Shown piece after piece: positions 50,682 through 61,024 of a DNA stretch of 64,000 nucleotides. The notes under the pieces are model-generated. The model was not told the DNA's origin. It made no database searches and was given only the letters and a program-made list of their open reading frames with translations. The stretch covers positions 40,166-104,165 of the forward strand of contig JAPJNH010000042.1 in assembly GCA_026461075.1 (NCBI GenBank), in the 5' to 3' direction. This DNA is from Chitinophagales bacterium. GTDB lineage: Bacteria; Bacteroidota; Bacteroidia; Chitinophagales; CAIODY01. Both the position numbers and the translations under genes were made by a program. The stretch's first letter is position 1; each line of letters opens with the position of its first letter.

Positions 50682-51718
50682 AAGGAAAACGACGAGTCTT
50701 TCTTTTTATCTGCTGTTTCGTGCCAGCCTAGCTGCTTAGCTGTATTGAAATCTTTACTTGCGTTCTGCGTATCGCCTTGTTTCATCTCTATTAAAGCTTT
50801 GAAATAATACGCGTCTCCATTCTTTGGGTCAATCTCCAAATAACGTTGACAAAACTTTAAGGCTTGTTCCAGTTGCCCGTTTTTAATGAAATGATCTGTG
50901 TACAGGTAACTTGTCATAGATAATACACCTTTGCAGCGAACTGCAACCAAATCAGTATTGTCTTTGGATAGATGTGCTACTATGCGTTTCCAATCTGTGT
51001 CTGAAAAACTTCCATACTGTTCCATATAGGATTGCTGAAGGTTTAGTTCTTGTTGCAATTGCGTTTGAAGGCTCGTTGTGATTGATTCGTTAGCTTTTGT
51101 CCAAGCGACTTCTTCGCCAAAGGCAAGACTAAAAGTATTTGCATCTGGCCAGCTATGTGTTGCGTTCCAAGTTACATGATAACAATGTGCATTATTAAAA
51201 AGTCGCATGGAGGCGTAGTTCATGTCTTTTTCCCCGCAAAATAATAGGCTAGGGGTATTGTTTAAATTGGTTTCTACGACTGCGCCACAAGCTACCACAC
51301 GGTTTATTGTGCGGTTATTTGCTGCATACAAGAGTGCATATTTTGCTCCGCCACTAAATCCCGCAAGGACGATTTCTTTATTCGTTTTTGTGCTTATTAA
51401 GGATGCAAGCAAGGAATCGATGAAGGTATTTACAATAGGTATTGCCAAGCCATTATAAATCTTCGGCGAGGCATAGAGCGTATAGTGATACTTCTTTGCT
51501 AACGGAGCGTATTTACGCAGTACGCTATCAGCCTCCCCATGCGGATCTAATAAAATCATGATTTTATTGCCGGCAATTGGGTTCGCACATTTCCAGCTTT
51601 CACTTAATTGTACAGAGTTCTTTTTATCCGAATAAGGGCTTTCATGCTCTTGGCTTTGACAACTGCTAAAAAAGCAACTATGCAACACGAAAAGGACAAT
51701 AATTCTATTCATCGACAT
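50678..51718 (-). CDS. Lipoprotein with alpha/beta-hydrolase-like core and C-terminal TPR
   Basis: Lipobox FFSSC. GxSxG nucleophile elbow (GFSGG). TPR-like C-terminus. The start at 51718 is chosen for the signal peptide. Confidence 0.5.
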   Translation of the reverse strand: MSMNRIIVLFVLHSCFFSSCQSQEHESPYSDKKNSVQLSESWKCANPIAGNKIMILLDPHGEADSVLRKYAPLAKKYHYTLYASPKIYNGLAIPIVNTFIDSLLASLISTKTNKEIVLAGFSGGAKYALLYAANNRTINRVVACGAVVETNLNNTPSLLFCGEKDMNYASMRLFNNAHCYHVTWNATHSWPDANTFSLAFGEEVAWTKANESITTSLQTQLQQELNLQQSYMEQYGSFSDTDWKRIVAHLSKDNTDLVAVRCKGVLSMTSYLYTDHFIKNGQLEQALKFCQRYLEIDPKNGDAYYFKALIEMKQGDTQNASKDFNTAKQLGWHETADKKKDSSFSF

Positions 51719-51807
51719 ATTTGTTGGATTCACTTTGTTTAACAATTTATCATGCGTCAAATGTCCGCATTTTTGTTAACTTGTGGTCGTAAATTAATAA
51801 TCTACTA

Positions 51808-54039
51808 ATGAAAAAAATTACATTACTTTTTCTCGCAGCAATGAGCTTTACGAAGATAAATGCTCAGATTACTGCAACTGCAGCACACAATTCTGCAACA
51901 GGAACAGTTGTAACGGTAAACGGTATCGTTACGAATGGTTCAGAACTTGGAACAACGACTCGTTATTTCCAAGATGCAACAGGTGGTATTGCTGCATATA
52001 GTGGAACGCAATTGACTAACGTAAAAAGAGGAGATAGCGTCTCCATTACTGGTTCAATTTCAAATTTCAATGGTCTTATTGAAATTGTGTCACCTAGCTT
52101 TTCTGCATCGGTGATTGCAAGTGGAAAAACTGTCCCAGCTCCCTTAGTAACTTCTGCCATCGCAGGTTTTGTTGAAGCAAATGAAAGTCGTTTGATTCGT
52201 ATCAATAATGTTACGTTCTCTGCAGCAGGTACTTTTGCTGGTAACACGAATTACACGTTTACTCATAATGGTACACAAGAAGATATTCGTATCAATAACT
52301 CAAGTAATCTAGTGGGTACAACTATTCCTGTTGGACCAGTAGACATCATTGGTATCTTGAGTGAATATAATGTAGGTACTTACACTGGTACATCTTATCA
52401 ATTGTTGCTTCGCGACTTAAACGATATCGTATATGCAGGAAATCCTCCATTAATTACGACCTCTCTTCGTCAGTCGAATATTACTATTACTTCTTTTGAT
52501 GTTAGCTTCTTGACGCAAAAACAAGGTAATACAATTGTAAAATATGGTTTAACACCAACTGCCTTGACATCGAGCGTATCTTCTGCTACCATGACCACCA
52601 ATCACAATGCTTCATTGACAGGTTTAACACCTGCAACAGTTTACTATGTGCAAGGTTTGACTATCAGTGCTACGAATGATACTTCCTTCTCTGCCGTGAC
52701 TGCGATGGCTACCGCCTCGAATTCTAGCGGCAAAATCAAAGTTTACTTTAATCGCTCTGTAAATAACAATGTAGCGCATTACGGACATTTAGCGCAACAA
52801 TTGAATGGTACTTTTGATGATACCTTAATTGCCTACATCAATCGTGCGGTTTCTACTTTAGATATCGCTATCTATAACGTTGATAATAATCTAGGTGTGA
52901 TCAGTGCTGTGAATGCAGCTACTGCACGTGGGGTGAATGTACGTGTTATATGTGATTTCTCGGTAGGTAATGTTTTAAACTCTTTTACTACACCTAACAA
53001 GAAACTAGCTCCAGCAGGAACTACACTTTATGGTATCATGCACAATAAATTTATGGTGATCGATGTGAACGATCCGAATTTAGCGACAGTATGGACAGGT
53101 TCTACAAACTGGACTGATCAGCAATTGTTGACGGATGCAAATAACGTTATTATCATTCAAGATCAATCATTGGCTCGCGGTTATACTATCGAGTTTGAAG
53201 AAATGTTTACGAACTACTTGTTCGGTGCCTCTAAAAAGAATAATACACCACATGATTATATGATTGGTGGTAAACATATTGAATCTTATTTCAGTCCTTC
53301 TGACAATACGCATGCTAACTTGAAGCGTGCTGTGGCTACAGCAAATTATGATCTATATGCAGGTGTAATGTCATGGACAAAAACGGACATCGGATATGTT
53401 ATTATCGACTCAGCTATTAATAAAAATGGTGCTTATTATGCAGGTATCGTAGATGATACTTCAGGAACAGGTGCCGCAGCTCCTTTTAATAACTTCTATA
53501 ACAAAGGGATCACTACCCAGTTGATTGATAAAGGTTCTTACATCTTCCACCACAAGTATGCAATCATTGATCCAAACGACGCTTGTAGCGATCCTATGGT
53601 AACCACTGGTTCTCATAACTGGAGTACTGCAGCAGATACTAAAAATGACGAGAATGAATTATTTATTCATGATTCTACAACTGCTAATATGTATTATCAA
53701 GAGTTCTCACAACGCTATGCTGATTTGAACGGAACTTTATTAAATAAGGTTTATAAGTCTTGTCCTAAAGGAGTTGGTGTTGAAACTATCCAAACAGAAG
53801 GTTTGAATTTGTTCCCAAATCCAGCTACGGATCAACTATTCCTAGTTCATGCAAATTTAGATAACCAACCAATGCAAGTTTTATTCACCGACATGAGTGG
53901 TCGTGTGGTAAAACAAGAACGCATGATTAGTAATACGCACAAGCAAATTTTGGATGTAAATTCCTTAACGCCGGGTGTATACATGATTACAGTAATGATG
54001 AACAATCAAGTACAATCATTCAAATTAATCAAAGAATAA
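51808..54039 (+). CDS. Secreted phospholipase-D-superfamily protein (two HKD motifs, probable nuclease) with N-terminal OB-like and FN3-like domains and a T9SS sorting domain
   Basis: HKD motifs HNKFMVIDVND and HHKYAIIDPND. Signal peptide. C-terminal LFPNPATDQLFL... sorting domain. Confidence 0.75.
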   Translation: MKKITLLFLAAMSFTKINAQITATAAHNSATGTVVTVNGIVTNGSELGTTTRYFQDATGGIAAYSGTQLTNVKRGDSVSITGSISNFNGLIEIVSPSFSASVIASGKTVPAPLVTSAIAGFVEANESRLIRINNVTFSAAGTFAGNTNYTFTHNGTQEDIRINNSSNLVGTTIPVGPVDIIGILSEYNVGTYTGTSYQLLLRDLNDIVYAGNPPLITTSLRQSNITITSFDVSFLTQKQGNTIVKYGLTPTALTSSVSSATMTTNHNASLTGLTPATVYYVQGLTISATNDTSFSAVTAMATASNSSGKIKVYFNRSVNNNVAHYGHLAQQLNGTFDDTLIAYINRAVSTLDIAIYNVDNNLGVISAVNAATARGVNVRVICDFSVGNVLNSFTTPNKKLAPAGTTLYGIMHNKFMVIDVNDPNLATVWTGSTNWTDQQLLTDANNVIIIQDQSLARGYTIEFEEMFTNYLFGASKKNNTPHDYMIGGKHIESYFSPSDNTHANLKRAVATANYDLYAGVMSWTKTDIGYVIIDSAINKNGAYYAGIVDDTSGTGAAAPFNNFYNKGITTQLIDKGSYIFHHKYAIIDPNDACSDPMVTTGSHNWSTAADTKNDENELFIHDSTTANMYYQEFSQRYADLNGTLLNKVYKSCPKGVGVETIQTEGLNLFPNPATDQLFLVHANLDNQPMQVLFTDMSGRVVKQERMISNTHKQILDVNSLTPGVYMITVMMNNQVQSFKLIKE

Positions 54040-54059
54040 TTTCTCTGAAATCATCTAAA

Positions 54060-54086
54060 GGCTCCTTCATTGAAGGGGCCTTTTTT
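54060..54086. terminator. Bidirectional terminator
   Basis: GGCTCCTTCA-t-TGAAGGGGCC followed by T6, between convergent genes. Confidence 0.7.
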
Positions 54087-54088
54087 GT

Positions 54089-57000
54089 TTAGAAAAGGGC
54101 CCTTAGGGTCATTCTTCCCATTTGAATCCAACGCGTATTGGCGCCATTCTGACGTAATTCATAGCCAATGGTCCATTCCAGCCCCGACTTAGTTCTTTTC
54201 TCCCAATTAACCCCTGCTAAAAAGTTTCTGCCAGGACGTAAGCCCTCCAAAACATTGAGTGCAAGAACAGTGTTCGTAGCATAAGGGAATTGAACACTTG
54301 CATATTGAAGCTTTCCTGTGAATTGACCGAAGTTGGCTTTCGCCCATTTATAATCCGCAGTGTATTGAATGATTTTTGATTTTCCTACAATCTCGTTTTG
54401 GATATGCCTCAAGTCTTTCACTTGAACATCCAAACTGATTCTATTTGCTTGCTTAAGCCAAAAAATGACCGGCTGATAAGTGACATAATGAATGCTATAA
54501 GCTTGTGTTTTATTGTAAGAGTTTTCTGCAAATTTGTTCCCAAAAGAAACGATAGGCTGTAATTCAATCTGCCAAAACATAGGAACTCGACCCCGGATCA
54601 GCCATTCATCTCTACCTTTGTTTTCTAATCCTAAAGTAGTTAGCATTCGCCCTTGATTCTTGTTCCAAATAATCCAAGCGTACCAATTATTAGAACTTGG
54701 TTTGATGCTGATAGAAGACTGTAAGGATAGCTGATTGCCTACAATAGAGGAGTCTGCAATTTTTGAAAAGGGGAGATAGCCTTGGTCGCCTTCGCTTAAT
54801 AAAGCCTTACGCAAATAACTGCTGTTTCCTTGCCAGCTCCATTGTTTATACCAAGGAAGACTCGTTTTCTCTTCCTCCTCTTCATCACCACTCGTATTGC
54901 TAAAATCTAAATTCAGCATTCCGTTCCATAAGATCTGATTAGCGGCCACATATTCATTCGTTGGTATGAATACCTTGTCGTAGCGAAGGTTGTTGCTATA
55001 ATCATTTTCTGTAAACTCATTCAATTGTTGTATGCCGTCATTGTTTAAATCCACCCAACTAAAGTGCCCTTGACCATCCGGCACTTTTAAGAACGCATAT
55101 TGACGTTTAGGCTCTTGAATAGTTCCGCTTTCATAGGCTGTTTGCCAATGCCAGAGTCCTTTTTTACTCTCGCCTTCGTAAGATAATTGCGCCAGTAAAG
55201 TTTGTTTGTTTTTACTAGAAGATAATGCGAGATATCTCCAGTTTCCGATAACCTGTATTCGTTGCAAATCGTTTAATTTAAAACCCGCTCTGCTTTGTAT
55301 TTGGTCGGCACGCTGGAATAAGCTATCGGAGCCGTATTGCGGGTGATAGTCCCATCTTCTGTCAAACTGAATAGTATAAACAGCTTTGCTACTGTCTGTG
55401 TTTTTTACGAAGCCCCCTAAGGTTTTATTATGAAACGAAGTTTTTAAATAGGCTAAGGTAGAATCCTTCCAACGATTGTTTTCTTCATTATAATGAACAG
55501 TCCATTCGCTTTTTTGATGCTTATCCGAACGAACACTTAACATCGCATCTTGACGGGCAAAGCTTGAACTTTTCTCCTCTGTTTTCGAATTTAATAAGGA
55601 ACTTCTGTTTTTTACACGCCAACGTTTTTCGTTCCAATCAATATTTAAGGTTTGCCGATCACCTCGATAACTTTGATCGGAAGGAATAAGCAGTCGCTCA
55701 AAATCATAAATAATATTTTGCTTGAGTGATTTAGCAACTTTAATTTGTGGGTGTAGGTAATTTTGCTCTAAGTTATGCGGCGTACCTAAATTCCAATCGC
55801 GGGCAAATTCTTGTGTCTGGAAATTTTCAATAGCGGTGAATGTTTCTTGAATACCTATATAATGAAGTCCTGGTGTGATTTTCCATCGGTGAATTACCAT
55901 TGGCCTTTCAATATCTATTTGAGTGGCTAAGCCTTTATCATCTTGCTTATCTAGAGAAGAAAATAAATTATGATTATAATCTGATAAAGAAAGATTACCT
56001 CTAAATACCAGGCCTTTTAGTTGATAGTCGCCACTAAAACTCAACATTTGCTTTCGTTGCGGGGCTACCAAAATGCTTATTGGTAAGTATTCTCCATTTC
56101 GTCTGCCAACATATCTATACACCTTGCCATTCGCTAAAGTTTGTGCAATAGTATATTCACCATTCCCTTTGCCAACATTGGTAAAGCTTAACTGAAAAAG
56201 ATTGATATTGCTTTCATTGGTATACACGAAAATGCTATCGGTATAGCCTAAGGTATCGATGAGCACCTTCTTGTAAAGCACTTTGTTCGGATCAAAACTA
56301 CTTGATTGTGCTGAAGGAATATAGGCAGAACGAATACTGTCGCCTATCGCCGCTAAAGCGTCTTGCGTACCTGCTCTAAAACTTTCTTGCGGTTGGTTTT
56401 TGGCATCTTGTTCTTGAAAAAATTGAACGTTAAAGGAGCCCTGTTTGAATTTTAAATTTTCTTCCGCAAATAAGGTCGTTCTCAAATAATTTCGCTCCGC
56501 ATACTGGAATTCAACGATGATACGACTTTGATTATTGATTAATCGTTTTGCGGTGAAAGTCAATTCTCCGGTATTATAATCAATGAAATAATCTGCGCCA
56601 GCACCTCTCTGCATCAACTCTCCGTTAATGTAAACGCGCTCCGTCCCTGCAATAATTATGATAAAAAGCTCTCCATTAGCACCTTTCAATCGGTAAGGAC
56701 CTTGGTTTTGTTCGATTCCATTGATAGTCTGACGATTGTACTTTCCCTTTGTAATAGCCACTGCAAGCTTCGTCTGTTGTCGAATGCCGCTATACACACT
56801 ATCACTGTTTTGAAATAATAATCCTTGCAACTTTTTGTCAAAACGCAAAAAAGGGAAATTAGTTTGCCTTAAGTAATAATCACCTGCAGTTAATAGGCTA
56901 TTATCCTTTTTTAATTGAATAAATAGGTTGTCGAAATCTTGAATTTGTGCTGTATTTCCTTCCGGTTGTATAGGGATTTGATTGTCGGCTAGAACAGCGT

Positions 57001-57529
57001 TTATTTCGATGTCATTCGTCAATCTTCCTTGCATTCGTAAGTTGAAATTCGAATTCGAACTTAGGTTTTGATTATTGCCCAAAGTGATGCCGCGCATATA
57101 TTGACCGCTGATATCTAAATTGCGATCTTGTTTTTTCCAGTCGCTTAAATTGCTTGTAGGCGTATAGGTGAAAGGGTCTATCACAAAGCCTTTTAAAGGT
57201 ATTTGTCTCGCAATGTTCTTGTGTGTACTGCGTTGATAAAAAGTGCTGTTTAATACCTTGTACTTTAAAATAATGATTGAGTCGGTACTTGTTTTTGCTA
57301 TTGAAATAGAATTGTTTCCCGCAAGAAAAGTGGTATTGCTTAGTATTAAACTTCCTCGTGAATTGCTACAAGTTATACTTGATGGAATAATAACTAAGGA
57401 ATCACTAATTTGGGTTGGCGTGTTCCTTATAACGACTTTTCTTTCCAAAGTTTGTCCAATACCAAGCTGTGAAAGACTTAGTGCAAGGATTAGCGCAAAT
57501 GTTATTTTTAACTTTGGATGAAAGATCAC
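54089..57529 (-). CDS. Very large conserved hypothetical protein, predicted outer-membrane
   Basis: 1146-1164 aa, beta-rich, ending ...RMTLRALF. The GTG at 57529 gives a plausible signal peptide (IFHPKLKITFALILALSLSQLG). The alternative GTG at 57583 would overlap the divergent neighbour. Confidence 0.5.
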   Translation of the reverse strand: MIFHPKLKITFALILALSLSQLGIGQTLERKVVIRNTPTQISDSLVIIPSSITCSNSRGSLILSNTTFLAGNNSISIAKTSTDSIIILKYKVLNSTFYQRSTHKNIARQIPLKGFVIDPFTYTPTSNLSDWKKQDRNLDISGQYMRGITLGNNQNLSSNSNFNLRMQGRLTNDIEINAVLADNQIPIQPEGNTAQIQDFDNLFIQLKKDNSLLTAGDYYLRQTNFPFLRFDKKLQGLLFQNSDSVYSGIRQQTKLAVAITKGKYNRQTINGIEQNQGPYRLKGANGELFIIIIAGTERVYINGELMQRGAGADYFIDYNTGELTFTAKRLINNQSRIIVEFQYAERNYLRTTLFAEENLKFKQGSFNVQFFQEQDAKNQPQESFRAGTQDALAAIGDSIRSAYIPSAQSSSFDPNKVLYKKVLIDTLGYTDSIFVYTNESNINLFQLSFTNVGKGNGEYTIAQTLANGKVYRYVGRRNGEYLPISILVAPQRKQMLSFSGDYQLKGLVFRGNLSLSDYNHNLFSSLDKQDDKGLATQIDIERPMVIHRWKITPGLHYIGIQETFTAIENFQTQEFARDWNLGTPHNLEQNYLHPQIKVAKSLKQNIIYDFERLLIPSDQSYRGDRQTLNIDWNEKRWRVKNRSSLLNSKTEEKSSSFARQDAMLSVRSDKHQKSEWTVHYNEENNRWKDSTLAYLKTSFHNKTLGGFVKNTDSSKAVYTIQFDRRWDYHPQYGSDSLFQRADQIQSRAGFKLNDLQRIQVIGNWRYLALSSSKNKQTLLAQLSYEGESKKGLWHWQTAYESGTIQEPKRQYAFLKVPDGQGHFSWVDLNNDGIQQLNEFTENDYSNNLRYDKVFIPTNEYVAANQILWNGMLNLDFSNTSGDEEEEEKTSLPWYKQWSWQGNSSYLRKALLSEGDQGYLPFSKIADSSIVGNQLSLQSSISIKPSSNNWYAWIIWNKNQGRMLTTLGLENKGRDEWLIRGRVPMFWQIELQPIVSFGNKFAENSYNKTQAYSIHYVTYQPVIFWLKQANRISLDVQVKDLRHIQNEIVGKSKIIQYTADYKWAKANFGQFTGKLQYASVQFPYATNTVLALNVLEGLRPGRNFLAGVNWEKRTKSGLEWTIGYELRQNGANTRWIQMGRMTLRALF

Positions 57530-57649
57530 TCTTGCAAATTTGAGAAATTTGCAGGAGATACTTTTGTCTATTTTCCACAACACTTCGTTAAAAGATACTC
57601 TGAATTCAGTTCGATTTCATTCGACAAAATTCTTGATATTTACAAAATC

Positions 57650-58864
57650 GTGAAAAAAGTAAAAAAAATATCCTTGCTACATATTCTACTCCTTGTTTTT
57701 GGGTTCAATTTTCTTAATTCCTGCTCTCCTTCCGGAGCTAAAACCGATCCTAATGCTCGCCCTCGTGTCGATTCTGTAAGAAGTGCGCAGTTTTTTAAGC
57801 AAATTGATGGTCCGGCAAAAGCACATCGTTGTGATTCTGTCTTTCATTGGAAAGTGGCAAAACAACGCTTTAACGGAGCGGTGTTAGTTGGACAATACGG
57901 ACAAGTGATTTACAAAAACACTTCTGGTTACGCAGATTTTGAAAATGGTCATGCAATCAATAATCACACATCCTTTCAATTAGCCTCCGTTTCTAAGCAG
58001 TTTACCGCTGTGGCAGTCTTGATGTTGTTTGAAAAGAAAATGTTGTCTTTAGATGACGATGTTAAAAAATTCTACCCTGAATTTCCTTATAATGGAATCA
58101 CAATTCGATTGCTATTATCCCATAGAAGTGGCATGCCTAACTATTTGAACTTCGCTTATGCTTATTGGAAAAACAAGAGCGAATTGATGAGTAATCAAGA
58201 GCTGATGGATATGATGATTCTACATCATCCTACACGTGCAGCACTTCCTGATACGCATTTTGAGTATTGCAATACAAATTATGCAATCCTGGCTGCTATC
58301 GTAGAAAAGGTTTCGGGCTTGACTTTCACAGCTTTTATGCAACGCAATGTCTTTGAACCTTTGGATATGAAGGATGCCTTTGTTTATTCCCCGGCAGCCC
58401 TTGCAAAACATCCTAATACGGCCATTGGATATACACCGCATGCCCGTCGTGGTAATTTTGAGTTCACGGATGGCGTAGCAGGCGATAAGGGTTTATACTG
58501 CTCTATTGAGGATATGTGGAAATGGGACTGCGCGATGTATAACTATCAATTGATCTCGCGTGAGACAACTGAATTGGCTTATACGCCTTACAGTCATGAG
58601 AAGAGGGGGATGAAAAACTACGGCTTCGGTTGGCGTATGATCGTTTATTCGCCGCAACAAAAAGCTGTTTATCATAATGGTTGGTGGCACCAATTCAATA
58701 ACGCCTATTTTCGTGGCCTAAACGACCGCACAACGATTATCGTACTTGGAAACACCTCTAATTTTTCTAATTACCAAATTCAGCCGTTTTTGGACGCCTT
58801 AAGTGGTGCTAAGCGCGGTGGAGCAGGGGTGGACGCTCAAGACGAGGAAGATTTAGATAAGTAA
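57650..58864 (+). CDS. Serine hydrolase of the beta-lactamase fold (second paralogue-like copy), lipoprotein
   Basis: SxxK (SVSK) and YxN (YCN) motifs. The GTG at 57650 gives VKKVKKISLLHILLLVFGFNFLNSC (lipobox). The track start at 57518 overlaps the divergent gene. Confidence 0.75.
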   Translation: MKKVKKISLLHILLLVFGFNFLNSCSPSGAKTDPNARPRVDSVRSAQFFKQIDGPAKAHRCDSVFHWKVAKQRFNGAVLVGQYGQVIYKNTSGYADFENGHAINNHTSFQLASVSKQFTAVAVLMLFEKKMLSLDDDVKKFYPEFPYNGITIRLLLSHRSGMPNYLNFAYAYWKNKSELMSNQELMDMMILHHPTRAALPDTHFEYCNTNYAILAAIVEKVSGLTFTAFMQRNVFEPLDMKDAFVYSPAALAKHPNTAIGYTPHARRGNFEFTDGVAGDKGLYCSIEDMWKWDCAMYNYQLISRETTELAYTPYSHEKRGMKNYGFGWRMIVYSPQQKAVYHNGWWHQFNNAYFRGLNDRTTIIVLGNTSNFSNYQIQPFLDALSGAKRGGAGVDAQDEEDLDK

Positions 58865-58931
58865 GAGAAATTCTTTTTTAGAATTTTTTTTAAAAAATCT
58901 TCCATTTGATGTTTTTTTTTGAAATTATTCT

Positions 58932-58939
58932 TATATTTG
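58932..58939 (+). promoter_or_regulatory. TAnnTTTG -7 promoter box upstream of rpsU
   Basis: TATATTTG lies 32 nt upstream of the ATG. A TTTG lies 23 nt further upstream. Confidence 0.45.
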
Positions 58940-58970
58940 CGCCTCATTAAAATCAAAAAATTTAAAGCAC

Positions 58971-59165
58971 ATGTTGATTATTTCCAACAAAGATTGCGAC
59001 ACAGTAGATAAGTTGTTGAAGAAGTACAAAAAGAAATTTGACCGTACACAAACCGTTAAATCATTGCGTGCTCGTCAAGCTTTTGTGAAACCATCCGTAG
59101 TTCGTCGTAAAGAAATTTTGAAGGCGATTCACGTTCGTGGAAAATATCACAACCAAAACGCGTAA
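58971..59165 (+). CDS. rpsU: 30S ribosomal protein bS21
   Basis: 64 aa and basic. ...KKYKKKFDRTQTVKSLRARQAFVKPS..RR motif. Confidence 0.9.
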   Translation: MLIISNKDCDTVDKLLKKYKKKFDRTQTVKSLRARQAFVKPSVVRRKEILKAIHVRGKYHNQNA

Positions 59166-59194
59166 TTGCGTTTAATTTTCCTTAACTTCGATTT

Positions 59195-60076
59195 GTGATG
59201 TTAAGGGATCAATTCATAGAATATTTGCTCGTTGAGCGGCGCTATGCTCAACATACTATAACTGCTTACAAGTCAGACTTGGAGCAGTTTTTTATTTATA
59301 TCAATCAATGCTACGGCGAAATCGAGCTGATGGAAATCAATCATCAGCATATTAGAAGTTGGGTCGTCGAACTAGTTTCTTCCAATCATACCAATCGCTC
59401 CGTTAACAGAAAGCTCTCTACCTTAAAGAGCTTCTATAAGTTCCTTTTGCGTGAAAACGCGTTAAGTGAAAATCCGATGGACAAGGTGACTGCGCCGAAG
59501 ATGTCCAAGCGTTTGCCCGTTTATGTGGAAGAACGACAAATCGAAGCGTTGCTCGATGCAGCCTTCTTTGATGAATCCTTTGAAGGCGCCCGTGATCGTT
59601 TAATGCTAGAAGTGTTGTATAGTTGCGGTTTACGCCGCTCCGAATTAAACAAGTTGACTTGGCAAACGATTGATTTGCATTTAAAGCAAATTAAAGTGCT
59701 GGGAAAAGGAGGGAAAGAACGAATTATTCCAATTGATGAACGACTAATTAGTCGGGTCAATAGTTTTCAATCCTTATGCAAAACGATGGATATTCAAAGC
59801 CCTTTTCTGTTTACCACAAGAGTAGGGGATATACTCAATGAAAAGGCCTTATACAGCATTGTAAAGCATTATTTGAGCCGTATTCCTGGTTTAGAGAAAA
59901 AGAGCCCGCACGTATTGCGACATAGTTTTGCTACGCACCTGAGTAATCATGGAGCCGATTTAAATGCAATTAAAGAATTATTAGGGCACTCGAATTTAGC
60001 GGCTACGCAAGTCTATACGCACAACAGTATAGAAAAACTAAAAAAAACTTTCAAGCAAGCGCATCCTCGCTCTTGA
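59195..60076 (+). CDS. xerC: Tyrosine site-specific recombinase XerC/XerD type
   Basis: N-terminal SAM-like domain, then catalytic R...HxLRHSFAT...LGH...Y (HVLRHSFATH, LLGHSNLAATQVYTH). Conserved rpsU-xer-hpf neighbourhood. Confidence 0.85.
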   Translation: MMLRDQFIEYLLVERRYAQHTITAYKSDLEQFFIYINQCYGEIELMEINHQHIRSWVVELVSSNHTNRSVNRKLSTLKSFYKFLLRENALSENPMDKVTAPKMSKRLPVYVEERQIEALLDAAFFDESFEGARDRLMLEVLYSCGLRRSELNKLTWQTIDLHLKQIKVLGKGGKERIIPIDERLISRVNSFQSLCKTMDIQSPFLFTTRVGDILNEKALYSIVKHYLSRIPGLEKKSPHVLRHSFATHLSNHGADLNAIKELLGHSNLAATQVYTHNSIEKLKKTFKQAHPRS

Positions 60077-60128
60077 TTTTACGTACATTAGAATGACAGT
60101 GATTTTTTAAACTTTAAATTCCAATTTT

Positions 60129-60425
60129 ATGAACATCCAATTGCATGCAGTACATTTCAAAGCTGACAGTAAGTTAGAAGAGAAAATCATGGAGAAGATT
60201 GAGCATTTAGCACATTACCATTCTAAAATTGAACGTGCCGATGTTTTTTTGAAGTTAGAAAACAGTAGTGTGAACCTTAAAGAAAAAGTAATTGAAGTGA
60301 AGTTACATTTGCCTGGAGCAGACCTCTTTACAAGCCAGAATGGCCATCATTTCGAGGAAGCGTTGGAGTTGGCCTACGATCAAATTAAGGGACAAATTAT
60401 TAAGCACAAGGAGAAACATAGTTAG
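60129..60425 (+). CDS. hpf: Ribosome hibernation-promoting factor (short HPF/RaiA)
   Basis: 98 aa. The sigma-54-modulation/S30EA fold pattern (MNIQLHAVHFKADSKLEE...). Confidence 0.8.
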   Translation: MNIQLHAVHFKADSKLEEKIMEKIEHLAHYHSKIERADVFLKLENSSVNLKEKVIEVKLHLPGADLFTSQNGHHFEEALELAYDQIKGQIIKHKEKHS

Positions 60426-60449
60426 GCTAAAAAAAAAATTTAAAAAGAA

Positions 60450-60481
60450 TTTGCGAAAAAGAAAATAGTGTTCTATATTTG
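60450..60481 (+). promoter_or_regulatory. Bacteroidota-type promoter of the tRNA-tuf operon
   Basis: TTTG (60450-53), a 20-nt spacer, then TATATTTG (60474-81). Confidence 0.6.
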
Positions 60482-60571
60482 CATTCCTTTTATGAAGGTT
60501 GTGTGAAAGCAGTGGAGAAATATCGTTGAAAGGCGAAATTTAAAAGCAGAGCGCACAGTCTGAAATAGTAA

Positions 60572-60644
60572 GCCGAAGTAGCTCAGATGGTAGAGCAACT
60601 GATTTGTAATCAGTAGGTCGTCGGTTCGATTCCGTTCTTCGGCT
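60572..60644 (+). tRNA. tRNA-Thr (anticodon UGU)
   Basis: GCCGAAG acceptor stem, anticodon loop TTTGTAA, T-loop GGTTCGATTCC. One U-U mismatch in the T-stem by my folding. No CCA encoded. Confidence 0.85.
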
Positions 60645-60659
60645 CTTATTATTTTTTGG

Positions 60660-60742
60660 GGAGAGTTACCAGAGTGGCCAAATGGGGCAGACTGTAAATC
60701 TGCTGTTTTACGACTTCGGTGGTTCGAATCCACCACTCTCCA
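60660..60742 (+). tRNA. tRNA-Tyr (anticodon GUA), long variable arm
   Basis: GGAGAGT acceptor stem, anticodon loop CTGTAAA, T-loop GGTTCGAATCC. Confidence 0.9.
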
Positions 60743-60762
60743 CACTAACGTTCTTAAAACAA

Positions 60763-60835
60763 GCAGGAGTAGCTCATTTGGTAGAGCGACAGCCTTCCAA
60801 GCTGTAGGTAGCGGGTTCGAGCCTCGTCTCCTGCT
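60763..60835 (+). tRNA. tRNA-Gly (anticodon UCC)
   Basis: GCAGGAG acceptor stem, anticodon loop CTTCCAA, T-loop GGTTCGAGCC. Confidence 0.9.
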
Positions 60836-60902
60836 CTCCGGTTCACGAATAAAAAACGTGGAGTCCATGAGAGACCATCGTCCGTGAAGAGTGAACCAGT
60901 AA

Positions 60903-60978
60903 GCCGTTGTAGCTCAGCTGGTAGAGTGCGTCCTTGGTAAGGACGAGGTCACGGGTTCAAGTCCCGTCAATGGCTCCA
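60903..60978 (+). tRNA. tRNA-Thr (anticodon GGU), CCA encoded
   Basis: GCCGTTG acceptor stem, anticodon loop TTGGTAA, T-loop GGTTCAAGTCC, 3' TCCA. Confidence 0.9.
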
Positions 60979-61024
60979 AAAACGAATAGTAAAACATTCA
61001 TAACAATAACAAACATCTAAAACA

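Noticed and set aside
59195-60076. Tyrosine recombinase as the possible integrase of the tRNA-Lys island
   Set aside because: It sits 39 kb away in the conserved housekeeping rpsU-xer-hpf context and has Xer-type length and motifs. Nothing links it to the att-like repeats.
60473-60868. 131-aa minus-strand ORF
   Set aside because: It lies entirely across the tRNA-Thr/Tyr/Gly genes and their promoter, so it is an artefact of open frames in structured RNA genes.
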